From assembly GCA_963809485.1 (NCBI GenBank), contig CAWEJX010000008.1, positions 480,001-544,000 on the forward strand: DNA of 64,000 nt, given 5' to 3'. A program made the translations under genes and the position numbers. Source of the stretch: an uncultured Acidobacteriota bacterium. GTDB lineage: Bacteria > Acidobacteriota > UBA6911. This document shows, piece after piece, positions 62,144 through 64,000 of the stretch (its first letter is position 1; every line of letters starts with the position of its first letter). The notes beneath the pieces were generated by a model that was given only the letters and a program-made list of their open reading frames with translations, was not told the DNA's origin and did no database searches.

Positions 62144-62220
62144 GGTGGAACGTGGAACGTGGAACGGACGATTTTGGCTTCCTATAGCCCATTTCCCTGC
62201 CGATATGAATATTTGCAGTT

Positions 62221-62363
62221 TTTCAGCGTACGTCAGCGTTTATCGGCGTACGTCAGCGTTAAATTTATGGACGGGCCGCCAGCGCCGGTCTCAAAACGAC
62301 TGTTCCGAAATTCTCGCCGCCAATTTTGAGACAGACTCTGAAGAGCCATCCTCACCAAAACCG
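62221..62363. repeat. About 145-bp dispersed composite repeat, copy 2
   Basis: Matches 18119-18263; inner IR GGTCTCAAAA...TTTTGAGACAG. Confidence 0.8.
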
Positions 62364-62434
62364 GTTGGAGGCTCAATTCCGTCACTCTATGTGTCGTTGC
62401 GATTTTAGATAATTTGTTGTTTAATAATCGCTCT

Positions 62435-63091
62435 ATGTCCATCCGAATCCTGATCGCCGACCGTCAAAAAATGTTCCGTGAGGTGCTGTGCCGCCTGCTG
62501 GAATCGGAACGGGAGTTTGCCGTAGTCGGCGAAACGGATGATGGCCGGGAATTGCCGCAGCTTGCGGCCAGTTTGAATCCCGACATTCTACTGATGAATA
62601 AGGAGTTGCGCCGCCGCCCGGGCCTCGAAGCGCTCCGTGAGGTCACTGCCCGGACCGCAACACGGTCCATCCTTCTGGTGGATGGGATCACCAATGGTGA
62701 AATCATACAGGCCTTGATTTGGGGCGCGCGCGGAATAGTGCGCAAGAACGATGCCACTTCCCTGCTACTTAAGTCCATCCGCACCGTGAATGCAGGCGAG
62801 TACTGGATAAACCATGCGGGGATCTCCGAACTGGTAAGCGCCCTCTGCTCGCTTTCCACTCGCGTCGAGCAGCAGGCCCAGCAGCAGACGCACTCTCTTT
62901 CAATCCAGCAGTTGCAGATTGTCGAGGCGATTGTCAACGGATGCTCCAACAAGGAGATCGCCCGCGACCTGCGCCTGAGCGAACGCACCGTGAAATATCA
63001 CCTGACACGCATTTTCAACAAGTTCGGGGTGTCCGGCCGCATGGAACTGGCGCGCTACTCGCTCAAGAACGAGGTCACCCGTCAAGCATAG
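62435..63091 (+). CDS. NarL/LuxR family response regulator with degenerate receiver
   Basis: REC fold plus G.SNKEIA..L.LSERTVKYHL HTH; phospho-Asp position reads LLMN. Confidence 0.88.
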   Translation: MSIRILIADRQKMFREVLCRLLESEREFAVVGETDDGRELPQLAASLNPDILLMNKELRRRPGLEALREVTARTATRSILLVDGITNGEIIQALIWGARGIVRKNDATSLLLKSIRTVNAGEYWINHAGISELVSALCSLSTRVEQQAQQQTHSLSIQQLQIVEAIVNGCSNKEIARDLRLSERTVKYHLTRIFNKFGVSGRMELARYSLKNEVTRQA

Positions 63092-63201
63092 TTATATAGC
63101 ACCAAAGTACAGTGTTATTCCCTACCAATGTGCCATTCCAAGCTATTACTAAGAAGCATAGCGTATTAATCCACCAACCTTTCGTGCATCAAGAGAAGTC
63201 C

Positions 63202-63492
63202 ATGGAAAGTAACGTACGGCCCCATGTATCTCGTGCCCAGCGTTTCCCGATGCATATTCCATTGCATTATCGATTGAGTGGCATGCCGGCCTGGCATGAT
63301 GCGCGGACGGTGAACATCAGTAGGACAGGAATCCTGATTCAAAGTGATGAATTGCCACAGCCAGATACCAGGCTGGACATCCGCCTCGATTTCCCATTGA
63401 AGGTGACCGTTTCCTGCGAGGGATCGTTCGTACGTTCGGAAGAAAAGGCCTTTGCCGTACGCATCCATCGCTACCGCCTCCACCGCATATAA
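63202..63492 (+). CDS. PilZ domain protein
   Basis: RAQRF and NISRTG motifs. Confidence 0.75.
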   Translation: MESNVRPHVSRAQRFPMHIPLHYRLSGMPAWHDARTVNISRTGILIQSDELPQPDTRLDIRLDFPLKVTVSCEGSFVRSEEKAFAVRIHRYRLHRI

Positions 63493-63544
63493 AAACGCCA
63501 CGGTTTCCACTGATTTAAATCCGCGAGAATCCGTGGCGTTTTTT
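63491..63544. repeat. AAAAACGCCACGG...CCGTGGCGTTTTT hairpin
   Basis: Starts on the TAA of the PilZ gene; same family as 30985. Confidence 0.85.
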
Positions 63545-63556
63545 CGATTGCACGGC

Positions 63557-63592
63557 TTGTACTGTATATACATATAGTATATACTACATCCC
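63557..63592 (+). promoter_or_regulatory. Sigma70-like promoter with GTATATAC operator pair for vapBC
   Basis: TTGTAC-N17-TATACT then 7 nt to ATG; two palindromic GTATATAC boxes. Confidence 0.6.
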
Positions 63593-63823
63593 ATGAAGAC
63601 AACGAGGGTATTCAAGAGCGGCAACTCCCAGGCGGTGCGTTTGCCCAAGGAGTTTCAGTTTGATGCAGACGAGGTCCTTATTTACCGGCGTGGCGATGAG
63701 GTTGTGCTGCGCAAACGAAGCGGAAGCATGGTTCGGGCCTTCGAATTATTGACAAGCCTCCCTGCAGATTTTTTGGAGCAAGGCCGGGAAGATTTGCCAC
63801 CGCAGCCGCGGGAGTGCTTCTGA
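63593..63823 (+). CDS. vapB: VapB antitoxin (AbrB fold)
   Basis: TTRVFKSGNSQAVRLPKEFQF. Confidence 0.92.
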   Translation: MKTTRVFKSGNSQAVRLPKEFQFDADEVLIYRRGDEVVLRKRSGSMVRAFELLTSLPADFLEQGREDLPPQPRECF

Positions 63824-64000
63824 TGGCTTTGCGCTATCTGCTGGACACAAACATTTGCATTTACATTGCCAGGCATCGCCCTTCGGAGGTATTGGAGCGT
63901 TTCAGGAAGCTGCAGCCGGGCGACGTGGGCATGTCGTCGGTCACCTACGGTGAACTCTGTTATGGCGCCTGCAAAAGCCGCCATCGGGACGACGCCCGGA
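63823..64000 (+). CDS. vapC: VapC PIN toxin, runs off the window
   Basis: Manual translation MALRYLLDTNICIYI...MSSVTYGELCYGA.KS; TGATG coupling. Confidence 0.9.
   Translation, partial: MALRYLLDTNICIYIARHRPSEVLERFRKLQPGDVGMSSVTYGELCYGACKSRHRDDAR

Overview
Chromosomal window from a GC-rich bacterium, probably Acidobacteriota (inferred from gene content: LptC-LptA fusion, FecR/DUF6600 protein, IPT/TIG repeat protein, kinase-TolB remnant). About 1-30 kb is core genome, mostly on the minus strand: coaBC-rpoZ-gmk-yicC, an MsbA-like exporter, the lptC/A-lptB-rpoN-hpf-hprK-rapZ-EIIA-HPr-EI cluster, msrA, prfB with its programmed +1 frameshift, lnt, SPOR, nfeD-SPFH, lipA and a SWIM-SNF2 ATPase. About 30-64 kb is accessory: a protealysin-like protease, redox enzymes, three Tat substrates, tRNA-Arg(CCG), a 9-heme secreted cytochrome fused to Ig-like domains, a 10x IPT/TIG surface protein, a Mo-hydroxylase large subunit, three recognisable TA pairs and many gene remnants (AbiEii, IS66, kinase, oxidoreductases). 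The most striking signal is non-coding. Many intergenic spaces carry small palindromic elements from several distinct families: six IS200/IS605-type MITE copies, inverted arrays of 7/8/9-mer tandem repeats, AACGCCACGG hairpins and REP-like palindromes. These insert into one another up to five layers deep, show empty and filled alleles within the window, sit on or supply stop codons, and interrupt two nucleotidyltransferase genes. No cognate transposase or nuclease is present in the window. Several single-base frameshifts may be assembly errors.
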